A stretch of 64,000 nucleotides of DNA from Neoconidiobolus thromboides FSU 785 (Eukaryota > Fungi > Entomophthoromycota), in contig MU626282.1 of NCBI GenBank assembly GCA_025603075.1, forward strand, positions 1 to 64,000, written 5' to 3'. The notes under the pieces were generated by a model, which ran no database searches, was not told the DNA's origin, and saw only the letters and a list, made by a program, of their open reading frames with translations. The stretch's first letter is position 1, and each line of letters opens with the position of its first letter. Of this stretch, positions 12,827 through 25,632 are shown one piece after another. The position numbers were made by a program, and so were the translations under genes.

Positions 12827-13287
12827 TGGTGGGTTATTGATGAGTTATCTCTTATTCAATGACTCCTTTTTTCTTAGTATTTGATAATGAGTTATTTTTA
12901 GTTTATTTTATGTTGTATGATTTATTATTCTATAGTATGGTTGATTATTATTAAATCCTTTATGCGTATTTCAGTTTTTTGTTTTTATAAAACTATTAGT
13001 CTTTTGATAAGTTATATGGGAGTTTGATTGATTTAGTTATGTTCTTATTGATTGATGCTAAGAGTACCAATTTCTTTAATCAATATTGGTATTTTGTATA
13101 ATCTAGTAAAGTTTGATTTAATTTTTAAGCCTCAATAGGCTAATTAAAGAATAATCTAATGAAAAATAGCAGTAACAAAAAGTTTACAGAAGATTAAATG
13201 AAAGCTGAATTTTATTGTTTAAAATGAATTACAATTTAAAATTTTTATTAAAGAAACGCTTTATTTTTGTACTTAGCAAATAGCAAA

Positions 13288-14986
13288 TTAAGCAAAATAT
13301 TGTAAGGATGTTTTCTTTTTAGCCATAACCTCTTGGATACCTACATAATAAAATAAACGATTACTCAAAAACAGTTATTTTAAAACTTACCATCCATAAA
13401 ATCTTCATGTTTCAGCGCTTTTCCACCTCTTCTAAGGGCAATCATACCTGCTTCAACAACTACTGCTTTACATTGTGCTCCATTAAATTCATCACAAGAA
13501 CGTGCTAATTCTAAAAAGTTGACATCGCCTTCAAGTTGCATTTTACGTGTATGAATGCGCATGATATCCGCTCTAGCCTCTTCATTAGGTAATGGGAATT
13601 CAATTTTACGATCTAAACGTCCAGATCTTAATAAGGCTGGATCAAGAATATCAATTCTATTTGTTGCTGCAATAACCTAAACAAATAAAAATAAGCTAAA
13701 TGTGAATATAGTTATAACAAATTTTTACTTTAATCCTTGAGTCTGAGCTAAAACCATCTAATTGATTAAGTAATTCCAACATAGTTCTTTGTACTTCACG
13801 ATCACCACTCTTATCACTATTAAATCTCTTAGTTCCAATAGCATCTAACTCATCAATGAAAATAATGCAAGGTGCTTTTTCTTTAGCAAGGTTAAATGCA
13901 TCTCTAACTAATTTAGCACCATCTCCTATAAACATCTAAAATGATACAATGAATTTAATTAATATTTTATGACATGATTCTATATTTACTTGAACTAACT
14001 GTGGTCCTGCAAGTTTCAAAAAGGTAGCATTAGTTTGTGCAGCACAGGCACGCGCTAATAAAGTTTTACCAGTACCTGGAGGCCCATACATTAAGACACC
14101 TAAAATTTTATTTAAGTCGAAATTCTATTTACTTAATCGTTGATATTACCCTTTGGAGGTTTAATTCCTAAGTTAGTGAAACGTTCAGGGTTGTTCATAG
14201 GGAGTACTAAAGCCTCAACTAACTCATCGATTTGAGTAGTTAATCCACCAATATCACCATAATCTTCTATTGGTTTTTCATCCACTTCCATAGCTTTAAC
14301 TCTCTGATCATATCTAATTTGAATTTTAAGTTTGAATTCTTTTATACTATAAAATTTAGTTACTCCGTTGGTAAAGTTTCTAAAACTAAATAAGAATCCT
14401 TATTGACACCAATTAAATCTCCTGGTGCTAATTTATCGTTATCAACTAACCCAATAATTGGCAAAAAGATAGTCTATTTCAATTTTATTAAATAAAACAA
14501 ATAAATTTACATAAAAATCTTATTTACCTGCCTAGTTGAAGTTTTAATAACTGCTGATTTTCCTTTAACAGCAGTTTCATCTTCATCAGTTACTCCATCA
14601 TCTATTATTTTATTTGTATCATCTTCTAAGATCTAAAAAATAATTTTTAATAAAATAAGCGTTTACTTTAATCTAAATTAAGCATTACTTCAACTACATT
14701 ACCAACTAAATAAGGTAACTGTTTACTCATCTCAATCTTATCTTTATTTTCTTTAATTTTTTCAGACATTGAATTTTGTTCATGTTGTAAACGAGAGAAC
14801 TCAGACTTCATTACCTAATAAAATACTTAATTCAAATTTAACCATCTTAAAAAAAGTAATTACTTTGATATCATTATCTAATAAGCGACAACGATTTGAG
14901 ATTTCTGAATTACTTAAGCGTAAAATTTCTTCATCAAGATCTGAAAAATGTTCTTCAGTTAGTAAAGTTTCATTCAAGGCTGCCAT
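13288..14986 (-). CDS. RPT5: 26S proteasome AAA-ATPase subunit Rpt5/PSMC3 (multi-exon)
   Basis: [65 protein letters not shown]-terminal [10 protein letters not shown]. Confidence 0.95.
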
Positions 14987-15512
14987 CGTTATCTTTTATT
15001 TTTTATTTTATTAAAATGAATTGAAATTGCTTAGAGTCCTTCTTTTAAGATTACGTGTTTCTTGCTTGAGATTATTTACTTCAGTTTTATAGGTTTTTAT
15101 TGGCTACAAATTTACTTTTTGCACTGCATTTTAAGCGAATTTACAATATCGAGTTCACTATATTTAGTTAAATTTTTATTATTGGATTGTAAATTAGATA
15201 GTGGAAGTTATTTATTAGATTGATTTTTAAATAGTAAATTTGTTTACTTGTAATAGTACATAAAAAAAGTAATAATAAAGTTAGAAACGTTTATACCTAA
15301 ATTCTTAATATTATATTTTATTTAATAAAAGCAAACTGTTATATTACTGACAAAATTTAATGATAGAGTTGGTTTCAAACCTAAAAAATGAGTGGAAGGC
15401 AACTAAAATATACAATAAATTTAAACAAACAAACAATATTAAAAAGCTATATAAAGAAGTGTATCAACATTAAAAAATATACCAAAATAGCTTCTATTTC
15501 TATTTAATAACA

Positions 15513-16589
15513 TTAAGCGCCAATCTGTTCTTTATGACTTTCTTTTAACTTTTCAATAAATTGTTTAGAAATAGTAGCTGTAAGCTGATTACATCTTATT
15601 AATTGTTCAGGCTCAAGTGGTGTACCACCTGGTTTTGAAAAGGCACAAATTTCTTGAAATAAATTCATCGATATAGAAAGTGTACCATCTTTAATTTGTT
15701 CTTCAATATTGGTTGGATCAACAACGAATTGTTCACTATAAAAAATCATCAAAACCTTTTACTTATTTTAGTAATATTCATGTTAGTAGTCTTACCCTTG
15801 ATTAAAAAATGCAAAGGTTACTGAAACTGGAAAATGGTGAATGGTTAATGGAATTAATGCTTTTTCTTGGGCTGTATGCTAATAAAGTTAATACATTATA
15901 AAAATAAAGCTTATTATTTTATTTACGATGGTAAACTCGTCACCTTGTACAGTAACGTCAGGACGACGAAAGTGTAAGAGGGAAGCTAGAGTAGCCAAAC
16001 AACCAGCATCAATTAGATTACCATCATGATTATTGAAATGTAAATCAACCCTAATTTCAAATACCTAAATCTTTATAAGACAAACACGACTTTATGAAAA
16101 AAAAAATACTTTTTCTCCAGCTTTAATACACAAGCTTTCCAAATCTAAAGCCCTCGATTTTTTAATTGTTTTTTCTAAAAATCGAGAAATAGCTATTTCT
16201 TCATCGGATGATCTATTTAAACGTTAAATCATTATATTTTAATTTATTAACACTTACTTTCCAAGTTCATATTTAACATTTGAGATGGGGTGTAATTCCG
16301 AAAAAATTTTAAGAATACCTTCAGAACCTCTAGTTTCTCTAGGAGTTACCACTGTACATGAAGTTCTTGCTAAAACCCTATTTATTTATTGAATTTGAAA
16401 TTTGACTATTTAAATTAATAATTACTTTGTTTTTCCTAATTGGATAGATACTGAACCATAAACTTTTTTATCATAAACTATCTGTATTTCACGAACATCA
16501 TATTTTCCACGTCCATCAGAGCGTTTGCCTTTAGCTACACTCTTCAATAAAAATTCTTTTTCGTTTTCACTTAATGTGTTGAATACCAT
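15513..16589 (-). CDS. RRP45: Exosome complex RNase PH-like subunit Rrp45/EXOSC9 (multi-exon)
   Basis: KRSDGRGKYDVREIQI, YGSVSIQLGKT, SRALDLESLC, HFNNHDGNLIDAGCLATLASLLHFRRPDV, IPLTIHHFPVSVTF, VVDPTNIEE. Confidence 0.9.
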
Positions 16590-16719
16590 TTTAACACAAT
16601 TTTGATATTTTTATTTTTTTACTATTAGTAGGCTATGATTTAATTTGAGGATTTTTATTGGTTAATTCAAGTATTTGAATAGAATTTTAGATCTATTTAC
16701 TTTAGTTTATTTTTTCAAT

Positions 16720-17895
16720 ATGAAAACCAACCATTTGGAATTTTGGGGCAATGCTACAAATATGAATTTGAATAATATTGTTTATTCAAATATCAAATTA
16801 TCTATGTATTATAAATCATTAAGGTAGTATCTTATCAAAAGTTTTTTAAAAAAGAAGCTAATAATTTAAATAGTGAAATCACCGAAGTTCATGAGCTTAT
16901 TGATGAGATTTATAACTCAGGTAAAACTATAGTGTTAATTATCATAATAATATTAACTAAATTTGTATTTTTAAATAATCAATAGTGGATTATTTAGGTA
17001 TGTTTTAAGTAAGAAAATTGCAATTGAACTTTAGAATTGAGTTTAAACTAATTTTTTAATTTAACAGAACCTTTTACAACCGGTTCAGTACCTTCAAGTT
17101 GCTATTGTTTGTTATTTAAAATGTGGAATATGAAACTTAATGGTAAACAGATACGTACTTTTGTGGATAGTAAGGACTCGCCGTAAGATATATTTTTAAA
17201 ACTAGCTTTAACATACTAAGAATTTCAATAGTTATATTCGTGCATTAGGGTTTCTTTATCTTCGTTATGTTTGTAAACCAGAGAATATTTGGGCTTGGTT
17301 TGAGGACTACTTAGAAGATGAAGAGAGCTTAAATCTAACAAAAGGCCCTAATCATAAAATAATGTAATTAATCATTTTTAAAAGTAATTCAAAAACTAAT
17401 TTCTTTAGTACAATTGGTAAATTATGTCGCTTATTATTAGAAGATATGAAATTTTGTGGTACTTTATTACCTCGTATACCAGTACCAATTGCTCGACAAA
17501 TTGAAAAGTCATTAGGTGAAAAGAACAACAATGAAAAGTAAATTTTATTTGTATTTAATTAGTCAACTTATTAGTTATGTCTTAGGAAAGAAAGTAAATA
17601 CAAGAATAGATCACGATCTCCAGATAATCTGAGAAGACACCGTTCACCAGATAGAAGAAGACGTCGATCACCTTCACCTCACCGTCATAGACGAGATTCC
17701 AGATCACCAGATCATCGACGCTCACGTAATTATGATCGAAGGGATCGTTCCCGCTCTAGGTCCCCTAGATCTAGCCATCGTTATCCAGATTCCAAAAGAG
17801 ATTATTATGATAGAGAGTCAAGAAGTGCAAGTGGAAATGGAAATCAAGATTCTAAAGGGTATAAAGAAACTAGAAGTATTCGTAGATACGATTAA
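16720..17895 (+). CDS. PRP38: Pre-mRNA splicing factor 38B-like with RS/RD-rich tail; includes 12-nt micro-exon 16986-16997
   Basis: FWGNATNMNLN, HELIDEIYNSVDYLEP, CYCLLFK, DSPYIRALGFLYLRY, GTLLPRIPVP; Arg/Ser-rich final exon. Confidence 0.9.
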
Positions 17896-18421
17896 AAATT
17901 GAAGGATTTTGTAGTAAAATTCAATGTATTTAAACACTGTACTGCATTCTCTATTTAGTCTTCTACAATAAAATTGCTAGATATAGTGTTAGATAAGTAT
18001 TGTTGCTTATTAAAATTAATTTTATAGTAATAGTCTTATTTAATTATGTTTCATAAATTATAAACCATTTTGCTATCTAAATGAAATTTTAGACAGGGAC
18101 TCAAAAAAGATGTTTGTCTTAAATAAGTTTAAATAACCGAGATCATTTAATAGTACAATAAAAATAAATAGCTATGACTTTGATTCCTATAAAGATAATC
18201 ACGATCTTACCATCTTATAGTCACCCTTTACTCATAAACTTATTAATAATTCATACTCAAATCATCAGATTATATTAACGTTATAAACATGATCTTATAA
18301 ATACACCACCAATCATACTCACTAAATGTGACTTATGACATCATCTGATTTTAAATGGTAAATTAAGCTCAGAAACAAAACATATAAAATGAAATAATGA
18401 AATATTTTTCATAAGAATAAG

Positions 18422-18902
18422 ATGGATTACAAAGCAAGCGTACCAAGCATTGTGAATAAAAAAAGAAAATTAGATGTTGAAGAAGGTATTTTTTTTGAAA
18501 CTATGCCGTTTCATATGACTGAAGAGCAAACTATATCACCTGGAGAACCTCAAAATTCAAGTGTGGAGATACATAACATACCATTGAATGTAGTCTGCAG
18601 ACCAATACCTCCTGTTCTTGATGATTCTAAAGTCGAGATATTTAGAAGGGATCTGGAAGTAAATCTTTTCAAAAAAACTTGAAAGTAAAGTTAAACTTTT
18701 TTATTAGAATGGTGCCGACTTTCCACCCATTGATGTACATGAAATAGAACATGAGGGGAACTTTTATTACTATGCTTTTGGAGGTTGTCATAGATGGAGG
18801 GCTCATCAACTTTCAGGCAAGCAAAGCATCAAGGCGAAGATCATCCCTACTGATAAAAAAGTGCTCAATATTTACCTTGGGGCCTCAAATCCTTTCAAAT
18901 AA
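18422..18902 (+). CDS. SRX1: Sulfiredoxin; exons 18422-18658 and 18708-18902
   Basis: RPIPPVLD, PPIDV and the catalytic motif YYYAFGGCHR. Confidence 0.92.
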
Positions 18903-19013
18903 TTCTTATTAAACTTTCAATGTATTTTTTCATATTTTTGAGCTTTTAACCAATTATAATTTAGTTCACTAATTTTAAAGTGATATCTTTTTTAAATTCC
19001 AAAGGTTGGAATA

Positions 19014-20682
19014 ATGTATTTGAAATTATTCGCGCTATCATCAGCGTTAAAAGTGCTGCTGTTTAATGGATAGTAAATTGAAAAGTTATATAACATGAAA
19101 TAAAATATTTAAACTTTAATAGTCATTCCACCGATTTTGAAGTTCATAGAAATTGGCTAGCGATTACATATAGTCTTCCGATAAATCAATGGTACTATGA
19201 AGTAAGTAATAATTAGAAGCTAATGAAATAGAGTTGTAATTATGAAATCCAGAAAACAAGTGAATGGACATTAGATTATCCTCCATTTTTTGCATGGTTT
19301 GAATATTGTTTATCACATTTTGCTAAGCATTTTGATCCTAAAATGTTAGTGATTAATAATTTGAATTATAAATCTACTGGAACTATTTATTTTCAACGAT
19401 TTTCGGTTATCGTTTCGGAACTAGTGCTAATATATGCTTTGTATAGGTATTTACTTATATTATATATCAGCATTTATTACAATTTCGTTTTTAAAACTTA
19501 GACTTTCAAATCTTAAGGAATATAAATCAAATAGCTTAAGTAAAATAATGGTCGTCCTTACTTTTTTGAATCCATGTTTATTAATTGTGGATCATATTCA
19601 TTTTCAGTATAACGGTTTTATGTTCGGTATATTATTGTTGTCTTTGGTAGAAGCTATTCAAGTAACTTTAGTTGTTTTGCTATTTATAATATTAAATTCA
19701 ATTGCAATTCTAGACTAATTACATTTCCAGTGGTATTTTGTTTGCGATACTACTAAACTTTAAACACATTTTTTTATACCTTGCACCCGCCTATTTTGTT
19801 TTCTTACTTAGAGCTTATTGTATGAATGTCAACCAAGGAGGTTTAGCAATAGTCAGTTTTTTGAAAAGGTTGAGTTTATTGGGCTTATGTGTCATTTTCG
19901 TATTCTTGATTTCCCTATTTCCATTTGTTTATTATGAACAATTGCCCCAACTACTTTCAAGGTTATTTCCATTTCAGCGAGGATTATCACATGCTTATTG
20001 GGCACCTAATGTATGGGCAGTTTATTCCTTTATTGATCGATGCTTATTATTTATATTATCGAAATATGATTCAAGTTACCAAAATGTGGCATCCGTTACT
20101 CGAGGCTTAGTTGGGGACGTTCAATTCGGTATCTTACCTCAAATTTTACCTAAACATACCTTTATACTTACTTTATTGGCCCAATTACCCATTCTAGTTA
20201 AACTATGGATTAACCCAAATACCAAAAATTTTCTAAACTCAATTGTTTTATGTGGATTCGGCTCCTATCTTTTTGGTTGGCATGTGCATGAAAAAGCAAT
20301 TATGATGGTTTTGTTACCATTGAGCTTCATATGTATTGAGAACAGAAAGTTAAGAGCATTTCATCTCTTCATCAATGTGGTAGCCAATTTTTCGCTACTT
20401 CCCTTAGTATTTTACAAGTTGGAATCTATTATTGTTAGTATTATTTTACTTATTTGGGCTATTTGTGCCTCCTCTTTACTTAATTCAGTACCATCATCTA
20501 TTTTGATTAAAGTTTATTATGCTGGTTTCGCGGGGCTTAATGCTATTTTATTAGTTAGCTTTTTTGAAGTAGATATGTTTTTGAAATATTCATTTTTACC
20601 CCTACTTTTAACTTCAATCTATTGTGCTATTGGTATCATTGGCTCTTGGGCTTACTTTTATTTTTATGCTCTTAAATTGTAG
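19014..20682 (+). CDS. ALG8: Dol-P-Glc glucosyltransferase ALG8; exons 19014-19072, 19123-19201, 19253-19446, 19502-19661, 19714-20682
   Basis: [67 protein letters not shown]. Confidence 0.95.
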
Positions 20683-21152
20683 AGTTTTTATGCTTGAGGA
20701 TGAGTTTTTAGCAGATTTTGGTAGTGAAATAATATGACAATTGCTTCTTTAGTGCTATTTTGGGTTATGTTGCTTTTTAAATCTAATAAAAGCATCACTT
20801 AATAAATTGGAAAGAGCATATATGGGGTTCAAATATTCAAATAGTAATTTAATGGAATCATGTTTATATCATTAAGTTTTACTTAGAATTAAAAACAATC
20901 CATAAAATGTAAGTTCTTAAAAAATCTTATCCAAAAACATAATGTTCTAAAGTAAGAGAGATATTTACTAAAATAAGCCATGAGCTAAGAAAATTTATCC
21001 AATTAAAAATGATGACTTGAAAGCAGCCAATTACCTTAAGTCATATATTGAATATAGAAAATAAGAAAAATAAAAAATAAAAAATAAAAAATATAAAGCT
21101 ATTTATTTTGTTTGTTTCGTTCTTAATTTCATTTCGAAAGTATTATTAAAAC

Positions 21153-22927
21153 ATGATAAAAAACCATCATTATTACACCATGCTATCCGTAGTCACTAGA
21201 ATGCTGTTAATGCAGTTTAGGTAAGTTTATTATGGTTTAAACTCAAGGTGATAACTAATAAATGAATATTTAGTTTATACAAACAGCCTATTATTATAAC
21301 TAATAATATAACAAGTTTAGACATCTATAATCATGTAATTTATAATTTGTAAAATAAATCAAAGTAATTAACAATAATTTAATAGAAGGAGAGTATTTGC
21401 GAATTAGGGAATAATATGAGTGAATGGGTGAAATACACTATTGATTATATTCATTTTTTATTTCGATTAATAGCTATTAATCTCAATTTGAATGAATTTC
21501 ATATCAAATTAATTCAATTTGTATTTTATGATTTTATATTTATTTATTCTTTAATTAAGTAAGTTTTTTCAAATATTTTAAATATTAAACTAACTTTATA
21601 AAATAGATATTTTGAATCTAATACCATCAAAAGAATTCAAAAACATAACCCGTTGATATATTTAATTGTATTGAATCATTGCTTATTGACTATAAAAAGT
21701 GATAATTATTATTATGGTTTATTAGCTGGGACGTTATTATTATCTTTAAGAGAAATGATTCAGGTAATAAAATTTATTTCAATTAAAATAATCAAAATAA
21801 TTTTAATCTCGTAGGGAAATTACATGAATAGTAGTTTATTATTTAGTATTTTGATAAATTTAAATGATTTATTTATATATCTACTACCTACTTACATCAT
21901 CTATTTATCAGCCCCATTTGTCAAATTAATTCAAAGCACTAGAAGCTCAATTCCCTTTTACAAATTGATATTTCTATTAATGAACATTTATTTACTTACT
22001 ATAAATTCCACACACATTAATAATATACTTTACCTATCCAATGATTCTTTTGCTCAATTATTTCCATTTCAGACTAAGTCTCTCACTAGTCATTATCTAT
22101 CTAACTTTTGGTTGATATACTCATATACAGAACATCTACTCCAGCAATTAGCTATCAAACTTTACCAACTATCAACAAACATTCCTTATTTCGAAAAATT
22201 TTATACTTGTTTTTTCCCAATATCAAATCAGAAGCCGTTCTACTCTTATGAAGATGCATTATATCTACTACTTACAGACCCTCATGTAAATACTGTATTT
22301 GATATGTTTAGTAAAGCAATGCCTAAATCCCCTGAGGAGTATAACTATTTACTTGAGATTATCAAGCTAGTTCAATTCAAGTGGTTGGCTCAAATTTATC
22401 CTAATATTGTGATATGGTCTGGCATGTTGATTCAAATACCCAGTTTATGTCAATTAATATGTAGGCGAAATAAGCAATTTTTTATTAATTGTGTATGTAT
22501 CAGTTTGTTTTCAATTAGTTTATTTCAGTATGTTAGATTTGAGAATTTGATGGGTTATTTGCTAATGATAATAAGTGCTTTGTACATTTCAGCGGATAGC
22601 GGCAAATGTAACTTTATTTATCTAGGTTGCAATCTATTAGTGGCCTGCTATTATTTACTTGAAGTCAATGATATTAATGTGTTTTTGACTGTTACTTTAT
22701 TAGTAATAATAACGACTTGTTTAATTTATTTTACTAAACATTCAATTGTAATCAGCAATTTCTATTTAGTTTTGGTTATCATTTTAGTAGTGCCAATTGT
22801 GGAACATTTACTTTACCTTCTAGACGTTGAGATTTTGAAATTGCCATTTTATTTTAACCCACTTTGCATTGCCCTTGTTCACACTTTGCTTTTTGTTAAG
22901 CTTTGTTATTCCATGATTTTTGAATAA
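21153..22927 (+). CDS. Highly diverged tandem ALG8 paralog, 523 aa, intact frame; exons 21153-21220, 21274-21334, 21386-21558, 21607-21763, 21815-22927
   Basis: Four GT-AG introns with the same positions and phases (2,0,2,0) as ALG8. Colinear similarity: LNHCLL..GTLLLSLREMIQ vs [18 protein letters not shown]; FSILINLNDLFIYLLPTY vs [18 protein letters not shown]; QLFPFQTKSLTSHYLSNFWLIYS vs [23 protein letters not shown]. Confidence 0.85.
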
Positions 22928-23135
22928 TAAATAATAAATAATAAATAATCATTTGAGTATAAAATACGTATTTGAATTTCAATCAAACTGATAAATAAAT
23001 AATTTATTAAATTTAGTGTCAATTCTAACACTCTAATTTTTATAGCCTTAGCTTAACATTTAATTAATTGAAATGAATTCTATCTTCCACCAGGATACAA
23101 AACATAAATGAAGGAAAAAAATTGGTAATAAAAAG

Positions 23136-23451
23136 GTGAAAATAAAATTTTAAATTTCTTAATTTTCAGCTTAAAGAATATAAAGAATACCACTTTATAG
23201 TGATTATTCCTTTAATATGATGCAAAGAAGATCACCTATATGACTATGTAAACGCAGCAGTACATATTGCTGAAGATAGAGGTAAAACAATAATCAATAG
23301 AGGGTTAATTGTACTCCATGAACTGAATTATGTTAACTTTTTAAAATTATTGAGCTTATTAAAAGTCAACAACGTCGTCCGTGTAATGGACTTCGCCATT
23401 TTTAAGTAATATAAAAGCTTAGGGTGGAGCAGGACAGATTTAATGATATTT
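23136..23451 (+). pseudogene. Decayed 5' fragment of the COG2907 flavoprotein gene (paralog of 9546-11084)
   Basis: Translates as VNAAVHIAEDRGKTIINRGLIVLHELNYVNFLKLLSLLKVNNVVRVMDFAIFK*YKSLGWSRTDL, colinear with TNTAEHITEDGDKVSIDTGFIVFNELNYPNFLKFLSLLKVDYIPSVMSFAVSKQHGNLEWSGTNL; GTG instead of ATG, stops, GxGxxG lost. Confidence 0.85.
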
Positions 23452-24829
23452 ATTATGTCAATCTACGGGTTTATTCATAATTATAGATACAACACTTGTA
23501 AAAGCTATCCCAAAATTTCAAATGAGCAACTTTAGATCAATTTTTCAGTAGTTAGTAGCTAAAAAGTAATCATTGGAGTTAACCACTTAAAATTTCAAGA
23601 CACTCTTTCTAAGCACTTCGTGAGCAAGTGACATATTAAAAACTATTTATATTTCAAAGATTAGCACACGCTTACTCCAAACCAAATATATGAGGAGTCC
23701 ATTATTTATAATTACGTCCCAATTATTCGTTGTGAGAAAGCGCAATCTAAGCTACCAAAATATAATACTAATGGCTGATAGTTAATGGGTGTATAGTCAG
23801 ATTTCTATAATACCTATAGTTTTACTGATGCAAACTTTCATACTTATTTTTCTAGCTTAATATATTATTTTAATCAAATTATGGCTAAAGTCAGACATAA
23901 GGAACTTTTAAGAACAATTTTCCGTTCAAGCTTAGCCCCTACCTTTTTGACTGACATATCCGTGAAAAAACAATCATAATTTTTTTGTTGTAATTGAGTT
24001 TTATCTTTTTTGTAAACGATAAGCTAAACGCTTTTATCCATTGATGTTATTGTACTCAACCTTTATTGCTTCTATTTTTTTCCTATGAATTAGAAACTAT
24101 CATTATCAGTATAATTTTCTTATTTAGATTATTAATATATTGTCACTGCTCAATCCAATGTCATCTTCTACGTTTACTAGAGTTCATTATACCAGGATTG
24201 CAGTGACTGGTTATGTTTTATTAGCCAGATCTACAAAGTTGTTTGCTTTTAAGACACTCCTTTTTTCCGCTGCTTTTAACTTTAATCTATTATGGCACTG
24301 ATATTATCAGCCAGTGGACTTCTTTTGTTTTGTGCTTTAAAGAGACAAGCCTCTACGATAGAGGATGGATTTTCAATAAATCTTAATAGTAAAACAAACA
24401 TAAATCATCGTTCTGATGCTATTTAGTTACTGTTATCAATAAAGTACTTTATGTAACTAGTGAAAACATTCAATGATATTCATCATTGAATAATGGAAAG
24501 TATATCGAAAATTAATATAGTGATTTTTGCACATTCATATTAATACTCCTGTATTTGTATATTAATAAGTTTTTAGTTCATAGAGTGTTTAATGACTATT
24601 TTTATATTCATTAAAATTAATAGCATAGCTAATTATATTCGAAAATTTGTTAATAGTGTAATTTAAGGCAAAGTTTTCAAATTATACTTGAAGCTATTAG
24701 ACAGTTAAAGTGTAATCCAATTTTTTATGACATAAACGTTGGTAGGGTTCAGTAGGCTGAGAAACTATGAAAATCCTATAATAAATTACTTTATCATTCC
24801 CTCTTTTAAAAATAAAATTATATGTTAAA

Positions 24830-25500
24830 TTTACACTATCCAAATATAATTCCAAGTCAAACTGATAAAAATAAAACACACTCTATTAGATCTTTGAATA
24901 AGGCTCATATTCTACCAACACATTCTCTAAGCCCTATCAAAAATAGTATAACCTTTAGATTCCTTTCAAATTTTTCCTACTTTCTAACCATGTTCAGGGT
25001 TAGAATGAGCTAGATTCTTTGAATGTGATGATAAATTTTACAAAACATTGATGATTACTTCAACAAAGACCCGAAAGCTATTATTAATATATTCAAAAAA
25101 AACCATATGTATTGCCCCTTCTGGTATATAGTAGTCATCTATTATTTTCCTTCGCTTAGGCATTAATCTTAGTGGATCACTGTCAACTACTGACATTATC
25201 CTTAAGCCTCCATGGGTTACTGCATTAAAATAATCCTACTCAGATTTGCACTTACTATAAGTAATAGATTCTTTATCTGGAAACCCAACATATAGGGATG
25301 TCTTTTTTGGCTTCATTACTTTTTCCACCTTTCAAGTGCTATTTAAGTGGAGAAATTGTTAGTAAAATTGTTAGACACAAAAATACATCCCCATATATTC
25401 CTTATTTAGTCTTTTAAAATACCACTGGCTGACCAAATAATAAATAAAGTATCCTATATCTATTAAATAATTTACCAAAATCAGTAGTCGCTTTTGACTA
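24830..25500 (-). pseudogene. Decayed cytochrome P450 C-terminal fragment interrupted by MITE copy 5
   Basis: Minus-strand reading ITYSKCKSE*DYFNAVTHGGLRIM (K-helix ExxR position), IDDYYIPEG, HSNPE, FDRA*RMCW*NMSLIQR (degenerate FxxGxRxCxG) in the canonical P450 order; several stops. Confidence 0.55.
25290..25396. mobile_element. MITE-like element, copy 5
   Basis: ATATAGGGATGT ... ACATCCCCATAT. Confidence 0.9.
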
Positions 25501-25526
25501 CCATACAAGCGAATATGAAACATTAC

Positions 25527-25632
25527 ATATGGGGATGTATTTTTTTGTTTAAGAATTTTACTAATAATCTTTCCACTCAAATAGCGCTTAAAAAGTGGAA
25601 AAGTAATGAAACCAAAAAAAACACTCCCATAT
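25527..25632. mobile_element. MITE-like element, copy 6 (near consensus)
   Basis: ATATGGGGATGT ... TTTCCACTCAAATAGCGCTTAAAAAGTGGAAA ... ACACTCCCATAT. Confidence 0.92.
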
